Shown: positions 34,336 to 44,900 of the stretch, piece by piece
Numbering within the stretch: position 1 is the stretch's first letter
How the letters are laid out: each line of letters opens with the position of its first letter
DNA from: an uncultured Gemmatimonadales bacterium
Lineage (GTDB): Bacteria; Gemmatimonadota; Gemmatimonadetes; Gemmatimonadales; GWC2-71-9
Length of the DNA: 64,000 nt
Direction: 5' to 3'
Assembly (NCBI GenBank): GCA_963779755.1
Contig: CAVZZO010000001.1
Location: 1,945,650-2,009,649, forward strand
Made by a program: the position numbers and the translations under genes
Notes under the pieces: model-generated
Told to the model about the DNA's origin: nothing
The model's database searches: none
The model's input: the letters and a program-made list of their open reading frames with translations, nothing else

Positions 34336-36822
34336 TCAGCGGTGAGGTCTCTCCGACGCGGCCACCAGGGCGACCGGTTGAGGAACACGCTTCGCGGGGA
34401 GCGGCTCCTTCTTCCTGCCGGTCTGCGGACTCCCCGCCAGGTGTCTCGCCACTCCCAGCAGCGCGTCGGGGCTCAGCGACATGCTGTCGATGCCCAGCCC
34501 GACCAGGAACTCCGCGAACTCCGGATAGTCGCTCGGCGCCTGGCCGCAGATCCCCACCGGGCGCCGCTTGCGATGGGCCGCCTCGATCACCATGGCGATC
34601 ATTCGCTTCACCCCGGGGTCGCGCTCGTCGAAGAGCGGAGCCAGCAGGTCGGAGTCGCGATCGATGCCCAGGGTCAGCTGGGTGAGATCGTTGGACCCGA
34701 TGGAGAATCCGTCGAAGAGGTCGGAGAACTCCGCGGCAAGGACGACGTTGTTCGGGATCTCGCACATTACATAGACCTCGAGCCCGTCTTCCCCCTGGCG
34801 CAGCCCGTGGCCGGCCATTTCCTCCAGAACCCGGCGTGCCTCTCCCAGCGTGCGGCAGAAGGGGATCATCACCTTGAGGTTGGTGAGCCCCATGGTCTCC
34901 CGTACCCGGCGTATGGCGGCGCACTCCAGGGCGAAGCCGTCGCGATACCGCTCATGATAGTATCGGGAGGCGCCCCGGAACCCGATCATCGGGTTGGCGT
35001 CCACCCGCTCGAAGGCGCGGCCGCCCAGCAGCCCGGCGTATTCGTTGGTCTTGAAATCCGAGAAGCGGACGATCACCGGCCGGGGATGGAAAGCTGCCGC
35101 GATCTGCCCCACACCCGACGCCAGCCGTTCCACGAAGAACTCCGCGGGCGTACCGTATCCCCGGGCGCGAGCCTCGATCGTCTGCCGGTCCGCCGCATCG
35201 GCCATCCGCTCCGGATGGGCGACGGCCATGGGGTGGATGCCGATCCACCCCGAAATCACGAACTCGATCCGGAGCAGACCGACCCCGGCGGCGGGCAGCT
35301 GAGCCAGGCTGAAGGCCTGGTCGGGGTTCGCCAGGTTGAGCATGAGCGGGACCGGCGACGGCGGCAGGGTTGCGGGGTCGATGTCCTCCCGGGCAAAGGC
35401 CACCTCGCCTTCATAGACCCGGCCCTCGTCGCCTTCGGCGCAGGAGACGGTGACCACGCTGCCCGCGGCCAGGCGCCCGGTGGCATCGCCGGTGCCGACC
35501 ACGCAGGGGATGCCCAGCTCGCGCGAGACGATCGCCGCGTGGCAGGTGCGGCCCCCCTCGTCGGTGACCACCGCGGCGACCCGTTGCAGCACCGGCTCCC
35601 AGTCCGGGTTGGTCATCCGGGTGACCAGCACCTCGCCGGCCTGCACCTCGGCCAGTTGCGATGAGCCGCTGATCAGCCGGACCGGGCCGCTGGCGACGCG
35701 CTCCCCCACGCTCTTGCCGGTGACCAGCACCCGGCCTTCGCCGCTCCGCCGGTAGAGCGTGATCCGGGTGCCCCGCCGTTCCGCGTGGACCGTCTCCGGC
35801 CGAGCCTGCACCACGAAGAGCTCGCCGCTGCGGCCGTCGCGGGCCCACTCGATGTCCATCGGCGTGTCCCGGCCCGCCAGGCGGGTGTAGTGCTCCTCGA
35901 TGGCGAGGGCCCAGCGCGCCAGCGTCAGCAGGTCCCCCTCCTCCAGCACGAAGCGGGAGCGATCGCTCTCCGGGACCGCCACCTCGGTGACCGGCCGGCC
36001 GCCGTCCTCGGCATACACCAGCTTGACGTCCTTGCCGCCCAGCTCCCGCCGCAGGATGGAACGGAAACCGGCGCGCAGCATGGGCTTGTGGATCCAGAAT
36101 TCGTCCGGTACCACCCGCCCCTGGACCAGAGTCTCGGCGATGCCCCAGGCCCCGGTGATGAGGATGACGTCGCGGAACCCGCTCTCGGTATCGAGGGTGA
36201 AGATCACCCCGGCGGAGCCCAGGTCGCTCCGGACCATCTTCTGCACCCCCACCGACAGGCTCACGCTCCGGTGGGCGAAGCCCTTCTCGGTCCGGTACGC
36301 GATGGCCCGGTCGGTATAGAGCGAGGCGAAGCAGGCACGGATCGCTCCGTCCAGCGCCTCCAGGCCGCGGATGTTGAGATAGGTCTCGTGCTGTCCCGCG
36401 AACGACGCGCCCGGCAGGTCTTCAGCGGTGGCGCTGGAGCGCACGGCGACGTCCGTCTCTGCCTCGCCGAAGCGCTGCGACAACTCCGAATACGCCGCCG
36501 CGATGAGCGGCCGCAGCTCCTCCGGCAGCGGTGCTTCGCGGACTCGCTTCCGGATGGCCTCGCCGGCGCGGGACAGGGCGTTGACGTCCCGCACGTCCAC
36601 GCCCGCCAGGGTGGATTCGATCCAGTCGGTGAGGCCGGCCCGGTCCAGGTGCAGCCGATAGGCCTCCGCGGTGAGGACGAACCCGTCAGGAACCCGCACG
36701 CCCTTCTTGCCCAACGTCTGAAGCATCTCGCCCAGCGAGGCGTTCTTCCCCCCGACCTGGCCGATATCGGCCAGGGTGACGCCGTCGAGCGGCCGCAGAT
36801 AGACCCGATGAGAGCTGTTCAT
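34336..36822 (-). CDS. ppsA: Phosphoenolpyruvate synthase (pyruvate, water dikinase)
   Basis: Motifs VGGKNASLGEM, AVRSSATAED, SFAGQ, MDIEWA, QARPETV, GGRTCHAAIVSRE (phospho-His), DFKTNEY, NPMIGFRGASRY, MCEIP, FSIGSNDLTQ, GICGQ. Confidence 0.97.
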   Translation of the reverse strand: MNSSHRVYLRPLDGVTLADIGQVGGKNASLGEMLQTLGKKGVRVPDGFVLTAEAYRLHLDRAGLTDWIESTLAGVDVRDVNALSRAGEAIRKRVREAPLPEELRPLIAAAYSELSQRFGEAETDVAVRSSATAEDLPGASFAGQHETYLNIRGLEALDGAIRACFASLYTDRAIAYRTEKGFAHRSVSLSVGVQKMVRSDLGSAGVIFTLDTESGFRDVILITGAWGIAETLVQGRVVPDEFWIHKPMLRAGFRSILRRELGGKDVKLVYAEDGGRPVTEVAVPESDRSRFVLEEGDLLTLARWALAIEEHYTRLAGRDTPMDIEWARDGRSGELFVVQARPETVHAERRGTRITLYRRSGEGRVLVTGKSVGERVASGPVRLISGSSQLAEVQAGEVLVTRMTNPDWEPVLQRVAAVVTDEGGRTCHAAIVSRELGIPCVVGTGDATGRLAAGSVVTVSCAEGDEGRVYEGEVAFAREDIDPATLPPSPVPLMLNLANPDQAFSLAQLPAAGVGLLRIEFVISGWIGIHPMAVAHPERMADAADRQTIEARARGYGTPAEFFVERLASGVGQIAAAFHPRPVIVRFSDFKTNEYAGLLGGRAFERVDANPMIGFRGASRYYHERYRDGFALECAAIRRVRETMGLTNLKVMIPFCRTLGEARRVLEEMAGHGLRQGEDGLEVYVMCEIPNNVVLAAEFSDLFDGFSIGSNDLTQLTLGIDRDSDLLAPLFDERDPGVKRMIAMVIEAAHRKRRPVGICGQAPSDYPEFAEFLVGLGIDSMSLSPDALLGVARHLAGSPQTGRKKEPLPAKRVPQPVALVAASERPHR

Positions 36823-37023
36823 CTCTCATTCCTAGCGGTCCGCTTCTGAAGGAAGCGGGAAACGGGAGTGAAGCGGGCGCGGGCACGCCGTGGCCGATCG
36901 TGGCGCGGTTCTCCTGAAGCGACTTCTGAAGAGCGTTTCAAGACTCCTTCACCTGCGCTTCGGTGGGGCCCGGACAGATTGTCGGGAACCAGCGGTTCTG
37001 CCGCGCATCCTGGAGCGCTCACG

Positions 37024-37878
37024 GTGCCACACTCCGCAGGAGCATCCCACCGATCCGAGTGCCACGCGGGAATCCTGGTCGCCATTGGGGGCTCGGAATC
37101 GAAGGATGGCGTGCCGGAGATCCTGGGGCGTTTCGTGTACGCGGCGGGCGGGCGGCACGCCGATATCCTCCTCATTCCGATTGCGTCGTCCCTGCAGAGC
37201 ACGGCGGAGCGTTACCGTGCGACTTTCCGGCATCTGGGAGCGGCGTCGGTGCAGGTGTTGCATCCCAAGACGTCGGGTGCCGCCAACGATCCCGAGGCCG
37301 TGGCGATGGTGGGCCAGGCATCGGCGATCTTCTTCACCGGGGGAGACCAGTACCGCCTGGCCCAGCGCCTTGCCGGTACCGCGCTGGAGCGGGCGATTCG
37401 AGAGGCGCATGCCCGCGGCACCACTGTCGGAGGGACCTCGGCCGGCGCCTCCTTCCTCTCACGACGGATGATCGCGTACGGCAAGAGCGGCTCCACTCCG
37501 CGGCACGATCTGGTCAACCTGGCCGATGGGCTGGGCCTGACCTCCCGCTTCATCATTGATCAGCACTTCCAGGAGCGAAACCGCATGGGCCGTCTGCTGA
37601 CGGCGCTCGCACTGTGTCCCGGCGCCATGGGGCTGGGGCTGGATGAGGGGACGGCCGCGGTGCTTGACGGCGACTCGCTGGAGGTCGTCGGCGACGGTGC
37701 CATCACGGTCCTCGACGGCCGCCGTATGGACGCCCGCGTGCCGCATCACTGGGACCGGCACGACCCGATCTGCCTGACCAACGTGCGGATGCACATCCTG
37801 GTGCACGGCGCGCGGTTCGATGTCCGCCGCCGCCGCGCCACCCCACCGTCAGCTACCGAGAAGGAACCCCGGCAATGA
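37024..37878 (+). CDS. cphB: Cyanophycinase (peptidase S51)
   Basis: Motifs AIGGSE, IPIAS, FFTGGDQ, GGTSAGA (catalytic Ser), IDQHF..RNRMGRL, GLDEGT. GTG start with GGAG RBS; ATGA overlap with cphA. Confidence 0.92.
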   Translation: MPHSAGASHRSECHAGILVAIGGSESKDGVPEILGRFVYAAGGRHADILLIPIASSLQSTAERYRATFRHLGAASVQVLHPKTSGAANDPEAVAMVGQASAIFFTGGDQYRLAQRLAGTALERAIREAHARGTTVGGTSAGASFLSRRMIAYGKSGSTPRHDLVNLADGLGLTSRFIIDQHFQERNRMGRLLTALALCPGAMGLGLDEGTAAVLDGDSLEVVGDGAITVLDGRRMDARVPHHWDRHDPICLTNVRMHILVHGARFDVRRRRATPPSATEKEPRQ

Positions 37879-40586
37879 ACATCGAGGGCATTTCTGTCTA
37901 CCAGGGCCCGAGCGTCTGGGCGTATTTTCCGGTCATTCGTGTCCGGCTGGACCTGGGGCTGCTGGAGTCGTGGCCCAGCGGCCGACTCGGCACGGCGTTC
38001 CAGCAGGGACTCCTCAGGGCCTTGCCCGGGCTGCGCGAGCACGGCTGTTCCTACGGCGTTTCCGGCGGATTCGTGCGGCGCCTGACCGAGGGCGATGGCA
38101 CCTGGCTGGGGCACGTGATGGAACATTCGGCCCTCGAGCTGCAGAATCTCGGCGGGTTCCCCGTCAGCTTCGGCCGCGCCCGCGGCGTCCCCGGCCGGCC
38201 CGGGGTGTACGACGTGGTCTACCAGTTTCGCGAGCGGGAGGTCGGCCTCGCGGCCGGCCGGCTCGCGCTGACGCTGCTGTACTCGCTCCTGCCGGAAACC
38301 CTGCGCGAGGGCTTTACCCCGCCGCTTCCTGATTACGCCGCGGAGCGTGAAGGCTTCCTGGAACTGGCGCGGCGCAAGACGCTGGGGCCCAGCACGGCTG
38401 CTCTGGCCCAGGCCGCACAGCAGCGGCGCATCCCCTGGGAGCGGCTGGACGGCGACCACCTGATCCAGCTGGGAACCGGGGTGTACCAGTGCCGGGTGCA
38501 GGGGTCCATCACCAGCCGTACCTCGCAAATAGGGGTGGAGATCGCACAGGACAAGGCGCTGACCAACCGGGTGCTGGACGCTCTGGGGATTCCGGTGCCG
38601 GCCCAGGTGCGGGTCGATGACGAGGACGAAGCCGTGGCGGCGGCGGCTCGGCTGGGATGGCCCGTTGTGGTGAAACCGGTGGATGGCAATCACGGCCGGG
38701 GGGTCGAACCGGGGGTCAGTACCGCGGCCGAGGTGCGGACGGCGTATCATGCTGCGTCGCAGGAGGGGGGTGGGGTGCTGGTGGAGGAGCACCTCGAGGG
38801 GCGGGATTATCGGCTGCTGGTAGTGAACGGGTCGGTCGTGGCTGCCGCCCAACGGGTGCCGGCCCAGGTGGTGGGCGACGGGATAAGCGCGATCGAGGCG
38901 CTGGTGGAACGGGTCAACGCCGACCCGCGGCGGGGGGAGGGACATGCGAATGTGCTGACCCGCATCGAGCTGGATGAAGAAGCGGACCGGATGCTGGCGC
39001 GGGCCGGGCACCGCCGGGACAGCGTCCCCGCCCGTGGAGAGGTGGTTCCATTGCGGGCTACGGCCAACCTTTCCCGGGGCGGCACCTCGGTGGACGTCAC
39101 CGACCGCGTTCACCCCGACAATCGTCTGCTCGCCGTGCGCGCCGCCCTGGCGGTGGGCCTGGACGTGGCGGGCGTGGACTTCCTCTGCCCCGACATCACC
39201 CGTTCCTACCTGGAGGTGGGTGGCGGCGTGTGCGAGCTGAACGCCGCTCCCGGCCTGCGCATGCATGTGGCGCCGGCAGCAGGTACGCCCCGCGACGTCG
39301 CCGGCCCGATCATGGATTATCTGTATCCGCCCGGCTCTGCCACCACCATTCCCATCGCCGCGATCACCGGAACCAACGGCAAGACCACCACGGCCCGGAT
39401 GGTGGCGCACCTGGCCGCTGCCGCCCACCGGCGCGTGGGGCTTGCCACGACCGACGGAGTGTACGTCGGCGGGCGGCGGATCGCCCGCGGCGACATGACG
39501 GGCCCGGCATCGGCGCGCATGCTGCTGCGGGACGCCACGGTGGACTGCGCCGTGCTGGAGACCGCACGGGGCGGCATTCTGCGCGAGGGGCTGGGCTTCC
39601 GGCATTGCAGCGTAGGCGCGGTGCTCAACGTGACCGCGGACCATCTGGGACTCGGCGGCATCGACACGGTCGAAGGCCTGGCCGACGTCAAACGGATCGT
39701 GGTCGAGGTCGCCGGCAACCTCGCCGTCCTCAACGCCGACGATCCGCTGTGTCTCGTGATGGCGGAATCCACCGAGGCGCGTATCTGTCTGGTCAGCCTG
39801 GACCCGATGAACCCGGCCATCGTGCGGCATCTCCAGAGTGGCGGGCTGGCCGTCGTGCTGGAGGATGGCAATGATCCGTCGCTGGTGGTCTGCGAAGGGG
39901 CCCGGCGCACCCCCCTGCTGCCGGCGCGCCGCATCCCCGCCACCCTGGACGGCAAGATCCGCTTCAACATCCAGAATGCAGCTTTCGCGGCGGCTATCGG
40001 CCTGGGATTGGGATTGGACGTTGGGACGATCCGGGGCGGGCTGGCTACCTTCGAGGCCAGTATCACCCATACACCGGGACGGGTGAACCTGTATGACAAA
40101 CATCCGTTCCGGGTGCTGGTGGACTACGGGCACAACCCGGCGGCGGTACGCGCCATGTGCGAGGTGGCCGGGAAGCTGGCTGGCACGGGGCGGACGATCT
40201 GTGTGCTGGCGGTGCCGGGCGACCGGCGGGACGAAGATATCCGGGAGGTGGCCCGGGTGGCCGCGGGCTGGTGCGACTACTACATCTGCCGTCGCGACGA
40301 CCAGCTACGCGGCCGGCGACCGGACGAGGTGCCGCTTCTCCTGTGCGAAGGGCTTCGTTCCGCCGGGGTGCCGGCCGAGCGAATCAGCGTGGTGCCGTCC
40401 GAAGCGGACGCCACGCTGACGGCGCTCGGCACGGCCCGCCCGGGCGATCTGCTGCTCCTCTTCGCCGATAACCTGGAGCGGACCTGGCAGCAGGTGGTGA
40501 CCTTCCAGCCGGAGGTGCAGCCGGTGGTGTCGCGGGGTCGGTTCAGCACGCCGGCGGTCGCCCGGCGGGAGCAGGCGCTCGCGTGA
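37875..40586 (+). CDS. cphA: Cyanophycin synthetase (CphA1 type)
   Basis: N domain LREHGCS.G..GGF..RL.EG.GTWLGHVMEH; ATP-grasp VVKPVDGNHGRGV, ANLSRGG, ELNAAPGLRMH; Mur-ligase AITGTNGKTTT, LETARGG, DYGHN. Confidence 0.96.
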   Translation: MNIEGISVYQGPSVWAYFPVIRVRLDLGLLESWPSGRLGTAFQQGLLRALPGLREHGCSYGVSGGFVRRLTEGDGTWLGHVMEHSALELQNLGGFPVSFGRARGVPGRPGVYDVVYQFREREVGLAAGRLALTLLYSLLPETLREGFTPPLPDYAAEREGFLELARRKTLGPSTAALAQAAQQRRIPWERLDGDHLIQLGTGVYQCRVQGSITSRTSQIGVEIAQDKALTNRVLDALGIPVPAQVRVDDEDEAVAAAARLGWPVVVKPVDGNHGRGVEPGVSTAAEVRTAYHAASQEGGGVLVEEHLEGRDYRLLVVNGSVVAAAQRVPAQVVGDGISAIEALVERVNADPRRGEGHANVLTRIELDEEADRMLARAGHRRDSVPARGEVVPLRATANLSRGGTSVDVTDRVHPDNRLLAVRAALAVGLDVAGVDFLCPDITRSYLEVGGGVCELNAAPGLRMHVAPAAGTPRDVAGPIMDYLYPPGSATTIPIAAITGTNGKTTTARMVAHLAAAAHRRVGLATTDGVYVGGRRIARGDMTGPASARMLLRDATVDCAVLETARGGILREGLGFRHCSVGAVLNVTADHLGLGGIDTVEGLADVKRIVVEVAGNLAVLNADDPLCLVMAESTEARICLVSLDPMNPAIVRHLQSGGLAVVLEDGNDPSLVVCEGARRTPLLPARRIPATLDGKIRFNIQNAAFAAAIGLGLGLDVGTIRGGLATFEASITHTPGRVNLYDKHPFRVLVDYGHNPAAVRAMCEVAGKLAGTGRTICVLAVPGDRRDEDIREVARVAAGWCDYYICRRDDQLRGRRPDEVPLLLCEGLRSAGVPAERISVVPSEADATLTALGTARPGDLLLLFADNLERTWQQVVTFQPEVQPVVSRGRFSTPAVARREQALA

Positions 40587-40724
40587 TTGAACTGGCGCTC
40601 TTCGAGGAAGACGCCGTCCTGGCCCGGATGGCGTTCCGCACCGCCTCCGCTACCTTGGCGGAAAGGAGATGTTCAAACTGCTTGAACGGGAGCCTCGCAT
40701 TTTACGACTCACGGGCGGTATGGC

Positions 40725-41177
40725 ATGACCCCGGACACACCACCGGAATCCCCGCTCTCGCTCACCGAGGCCCAGCGCCGGCGCCTGGCGGTGTTTCTCG
40801 AAATCGTGGACCGGGGGATCGCCGAGGTAGTCGGCGCCTCCCCGCCGCCGAGCCCGCCGGGAATCCTGGGGCATGAGGCCGACGATTTGCCCCAGGGATT
40901 CTCCGAGGCGATCGCAGCCGATGCGCACGCGGTGCGCGCCGAGCTTCGGCTGCTGGTCGAGAGCCTGGGCCTGGCGCGGACCGAACGTTCCCGCCGCAAG
41001 CGGATCCGGGCCCTGCTGGTGTCCATGATCGTCAACCTGGAGGACGCCGGCTCCCGCGGCCTGCGAGGCTACGGCCCGATGGATGAACGCATCGGCCAGG
41101 CCATCGACCCGGCACTCGACGCCATTCGCTCCCGGCTGGTCCGGATCGCCCGGCTGCTGGACGAACCATCGGGATGA
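40725..41177 (+). CDS. Hypothetical alpha-helical protein (150 aa)
   Basis: Coding-like codon usage and amphipathic helices; contains a GLRGYG motif. Confidence 0.65.
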   Translation: MTPDTPPESPLSLTEAQRRRLAVFLEIVDRGIAEVVGASPPPSPPGILGHEADDLPQGFSEAIAADAHAVRAELRLLVESLGLARTERSRRKRIRALLVSMIVNLEDAGSRGLRGYGPMDERIGQAIDPALDAIRSRLVRIARLLDEPSG

Positions 41178-41346
41178 CGCCTGGGAGGGAGCCCCGGCCC
41201 GGGGGCGGCCGCCACCGGGGGTCAGCGGTAGCGGCTGCTCTCGCCGCTGTCCGCCGTGAGACGGAACTTCCGGCGGGTTCGCCGGTATCAGGCAGGAGCA
41301 GCACCAGCCAGGTGCGTCGCCGGCACCTGATGAAAGGCGGGACGAG

Positions 41347-41994
41347 ATGCATGGAGGAATCGGGCTGACGCTCGGTGTGATGGCCGGGATGGTCTTGTGG
41401 GCCGGCCGGGCTGTGGCGCAGGCCGACAGTACGCGCCGGCCGGTATCACCGGTCGACAGCGTAGACCTGCACCGGTACATGGGCCGCTGGTACGAGGTGG
41501 CGCGCCTGCCCAACGGCTTTCAGAAGCAGTGCGTGGGGGAGACCACGGCCGATTACGACCTGCTGGCGGACGGGCAGATCCGGGTGGTCAACCAGTGCCG
41601 CCAGGCCGACGGCACCCTGAAACGCGCCGAGGGCCGGGCACGGCGGGCCCACCGCAAGGCGCCACTCTCGGAGCTCAAGGTCCGGTTCGCGCCGAAGTTC
41701 CTTTCTTTCCTCGGCGTGGTCTGGGGCGACTACTGGATTCTCGACCTGACCGACGACTACTCCGCCGCGCTGGTGGGCGAGCCGAGCCGCCGGTATCTCT
41801 GGGTGCTTTCACGCACGCCGGTGCTGGCCGATTCGACTTACCAGCGGATGGTCGCCACCGCCCGGCGTCAGGGATTCGACACGACGCAGCTCATGTTGTC
41901 GCCGGCGCAAGCGGAGGCCGGGGAGCCCCCCTCCTCTGCTCCGCCCGCTCACGGCGGAAGTCCGGCTCCTGGTCGGGACGGCGGGAAGCCCTGA
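41347..41994 (+). CDS. blc: Bacterial lipocalin (Blc-like), secreted
   Basis: SCR1 VDLHRYMGRWYEVARLP, LKVRF, YWILDLTDDYSAALVG, YLWVLSRTP. Signal peptide ends AVA-Q with no lipobox Cys. Confidence 0.88.
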   Translation: MHGGIGLTLGVMAGMVLWAGRAVAQADSTRRPVSPVDSVDLHRYMGRWYEVARLPNGFQKQCVGETTADYDLLADGQIRVVNQCRQADGTLKRAEGRARRAHRKAPLSELKVRFAPKFLSFLGVVWGDYWILDLTDDYSAALVGEPSRRYLWVLSRTPVLADSTYQRMVATARRQGFDTTQLMLSPAQAEAGEPPSSAPPAHGGSPAPGRDGGKP

Positions 41995-44900
41995 TTACGG
42001 CATGGCGGGCCGCACGCTGACCTCGTGCCGCTCGCCGTCGTCCACCAGGAGGATGGCCGGCCCGTTCACCGGCCGGCCGTCCATCATCAGTTCCACCGCT
42101 CCCCGGGCGGCGCCGTCCGGATTGTGCACCACGATGACGTAGCGGCTCCGTCCGTGCCGGTACTCGATGGTGTATTCACGCCATCCTGCGGGGGCCCTGG
42201 GCTCCAGGAACAGCATCTCGCCGCGTTTGTGGAATCCCAGGATTCCTTCCAGGCCGGCGCGGTACATCCAGCTCGCCGATCCGGTGTACCAGGTCCACCC
42301 GCCGCGCCCGAGGTGGCCCTCGGCCGTGTACACATCGGCCGCCACCACATACGGCTCCACCTTGTAGATCTCCACCTCCTCCGGCGTGCGCGCGTGCGTG
42401 AGCGGATTGAGCATCTGGTACAGTTCGAACGCCCGGTCCGCGTCGCCGCGCAGGGCCGTTGCGAGCACGGCCCATATGGCGGCATGGGTGTACTGGGCGC
42501 CGTTCTCGCGGATGCCGGGCAGGTAGCCCTTGATGTAGCCGGGATCCTGCGGCATCGTGTCGAACGGCGGGGTGAGGAGCATGATGAGCCGCGCATCCTC
42601 CCGCACCAGGCGGTGTTCCAGCGAGCCCAGCGCCTGGGCCTGCCGGTCCGGGTGCCCGGCGTGTGACAGCACGCTCCAGCTCTGCGCGATGGAGTCGATC
42701 TGGCACTCCTCGTTCCCGGCGGAGCCGAGCGGCGTGCCGTCGTCGAAATAGGCGCGGCGATACCAGGCGCCGTCCCATCCATGCGCCTCGACCGCGGCGG
42801 TGTAGGCTTCGGCGTGTCGCCGGCAGTCGGCCGCGACGGCCGCATCCCCACGGGCTTCGGCATGCTGCGCGAAGCTCCGCAGGGTCGCAATCAGGAACCA
42901 GGCCAGCCAGACGCTCTCCCCCCGGCCCGCCACGCCGACGCGATTCATCCCGTCGTTCCAGTCGCCCGCCCCGATCAGCGGCAGCCCGTGCGTCCCGGCG
43001 GTGCAGGCGTGCGCGAGAGCCCGGCGGCAGTGCTCGTATACGCTCGCCTCCTCGTCGGCGGTGCGGGGCACGTCGTACACTTCCTGCTCGTCCGGCTCGA
43101 GCGCGCGCATGACGAGGAAGGGGACCGGTACGTCCAGTACCGACGCGTCCCCGGTCGTCCGGATGTAGTGATCGACCACATACGGCAGCCAGACGAGATC
43201 GTCGGAGAACCGGGTGCGTATCCCGCGCCCGGCCGGCGGATGCCACCAATGCTGCACGTCCCCTTCCAGAAACTGGCGGCCGGCGGCCCGGACGATGTGC
43301 TCGCGCGCCAGGGCCGGGTCGGCGTAGACGAACGCCATCACGTCCTGCAGCTGATCACGGAAGCCGTAGGCCCCGCCGCTTTGATAGAGCGCCGAGCGTC
43401 CCCACATGCGGCAGGAGAGCGCCTGGTACAGCGTCCACCGGTTGAGCATGGCGTCGAAAGTGGGCTCCGGTGTCCGGACGGTGATCGCCGAGAGCCGCTC
43501 GGCCCAGGCGGCGATGCTGCCGGCGAGGGCGGCCTGTGCCCGGGCCACGTCGCGATACTCCGCCACCGCCTGCCGGGCCGCGGTCTCGTCGCCGGCGGCG
43601 CCCAGCAGGATGGCGATCTCGCGCGTCTCTCCCGGCGCCAGCGACAGCTCGCACTGCAGCGCGGCGCAGGGATCGATGCCGGCGCCGGTGATGGCGTTCA
43701 GCCTGCCGCCGGCACGAAGCGCCGCCGGGTCGGCGACGGTGCCGTTCCTGCCGAGGAAGTCCAGCCGGCTCGCGGTGTGCGCCGCCAGCGGCTCGGTGAT
43801 GGCATGGAAGGCCACCCAGTCGGCGAACTGCGGGTCGAAGGTATTCTGCGCCAGGATGGCGCTCTGCGCAGGGTCCGGCATGGTGCGCACCTGGTGCTGC
43901 GTGTGTTCGCGCAGCACACCCAGCGTCCATTCCACGTAGGTCGTGATGGTGAGCCGCCGGGGACGGGTGTCGTGATTGGTCACCCGCAGGATCGACAGCT
44001 TCACTGCCGCGTCGTCCGCCATGCCCAGCATGAGCGTGGTGGTGATGCCTCCGCCGTGTTCGTGCTCGAACGAGGTGGTGCCCGCGCTGTGGCGGACGAG
44101 GTAGGGCAGCGCCTGTCGTACCGGCCCCGGTGTGGCGCTCCACAGCTCCCCGGTCTCGTCGTCCTGCAGGTAGACGGCTTCGGTCACCTGATCGCTGACC
44201 GGATCGTTGTGCCAGGGCGTGAGCCGGTAGAGCTGGCTGTTGGCGGCCCAGGTGAATCCGCCGCCCCGCTCGGTCACCACGAACCCGCCGTGAGGATTGG
44301 CGATGACGTTCGCCCAGGGGGCCGGGGGGAGACGGCCGTCCTGGACCTGGATCTCGTAATCCCCCTCGGCGGTGAGGCCGCCGAAGCCGTTGGCCGGCGG
44401 CGGGGGCGGCGCGCCGCCCCGGCGTCCGGTGCCGGAGGACCAGCTGGAGAACAGCGGCGCGGTGAGCGGCCCGAGCAGACGCGCCCCGATTCGCCGCATC
44501 ACATTCGCCACCCGCAGGTCGCTCCGCTCCGGGGCGCGCGTGCCGGAGGGCGGGGATTCGTCTTCGTCGGCCGGCAGCTCGTCCGGCGGCGTGGCGGCCG
44601 CCACGGCACGCCCCAGCGCCCGCCCGTCGCAGGAGATGTGCACCCGGGCGGTGGCGCGCAACATCTGGAGCGCGTCGGCAGCCAGCTGATCGCGCCGGCG
44701 CACGAAGACGCCTCCGGGGCGGTCGAACGAGCCGGAATCGCTCACGGCGTAGACCGCCGCGGTAATCCGGTCGGTCAGGTCCTGGTGATAGGTGGATGCG
44801 GCCATGTTGAGGACGACCAGATCCACCGTCATGCCGCGGCGCCGCCAGTAGCGGTGCGCCGCGAGCAGCTGGCGCAGGGTGGAGAGCCCGTCGGCCGACT

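Noticed and set aside
40583-40876. 97-aa ORF overlapping the cphA stop (GTGA) with a CxxC motif
   Set aside because: It overlaps the better-supported 40725 ORF by 150 bp and has no family motif, so it could not be supported.
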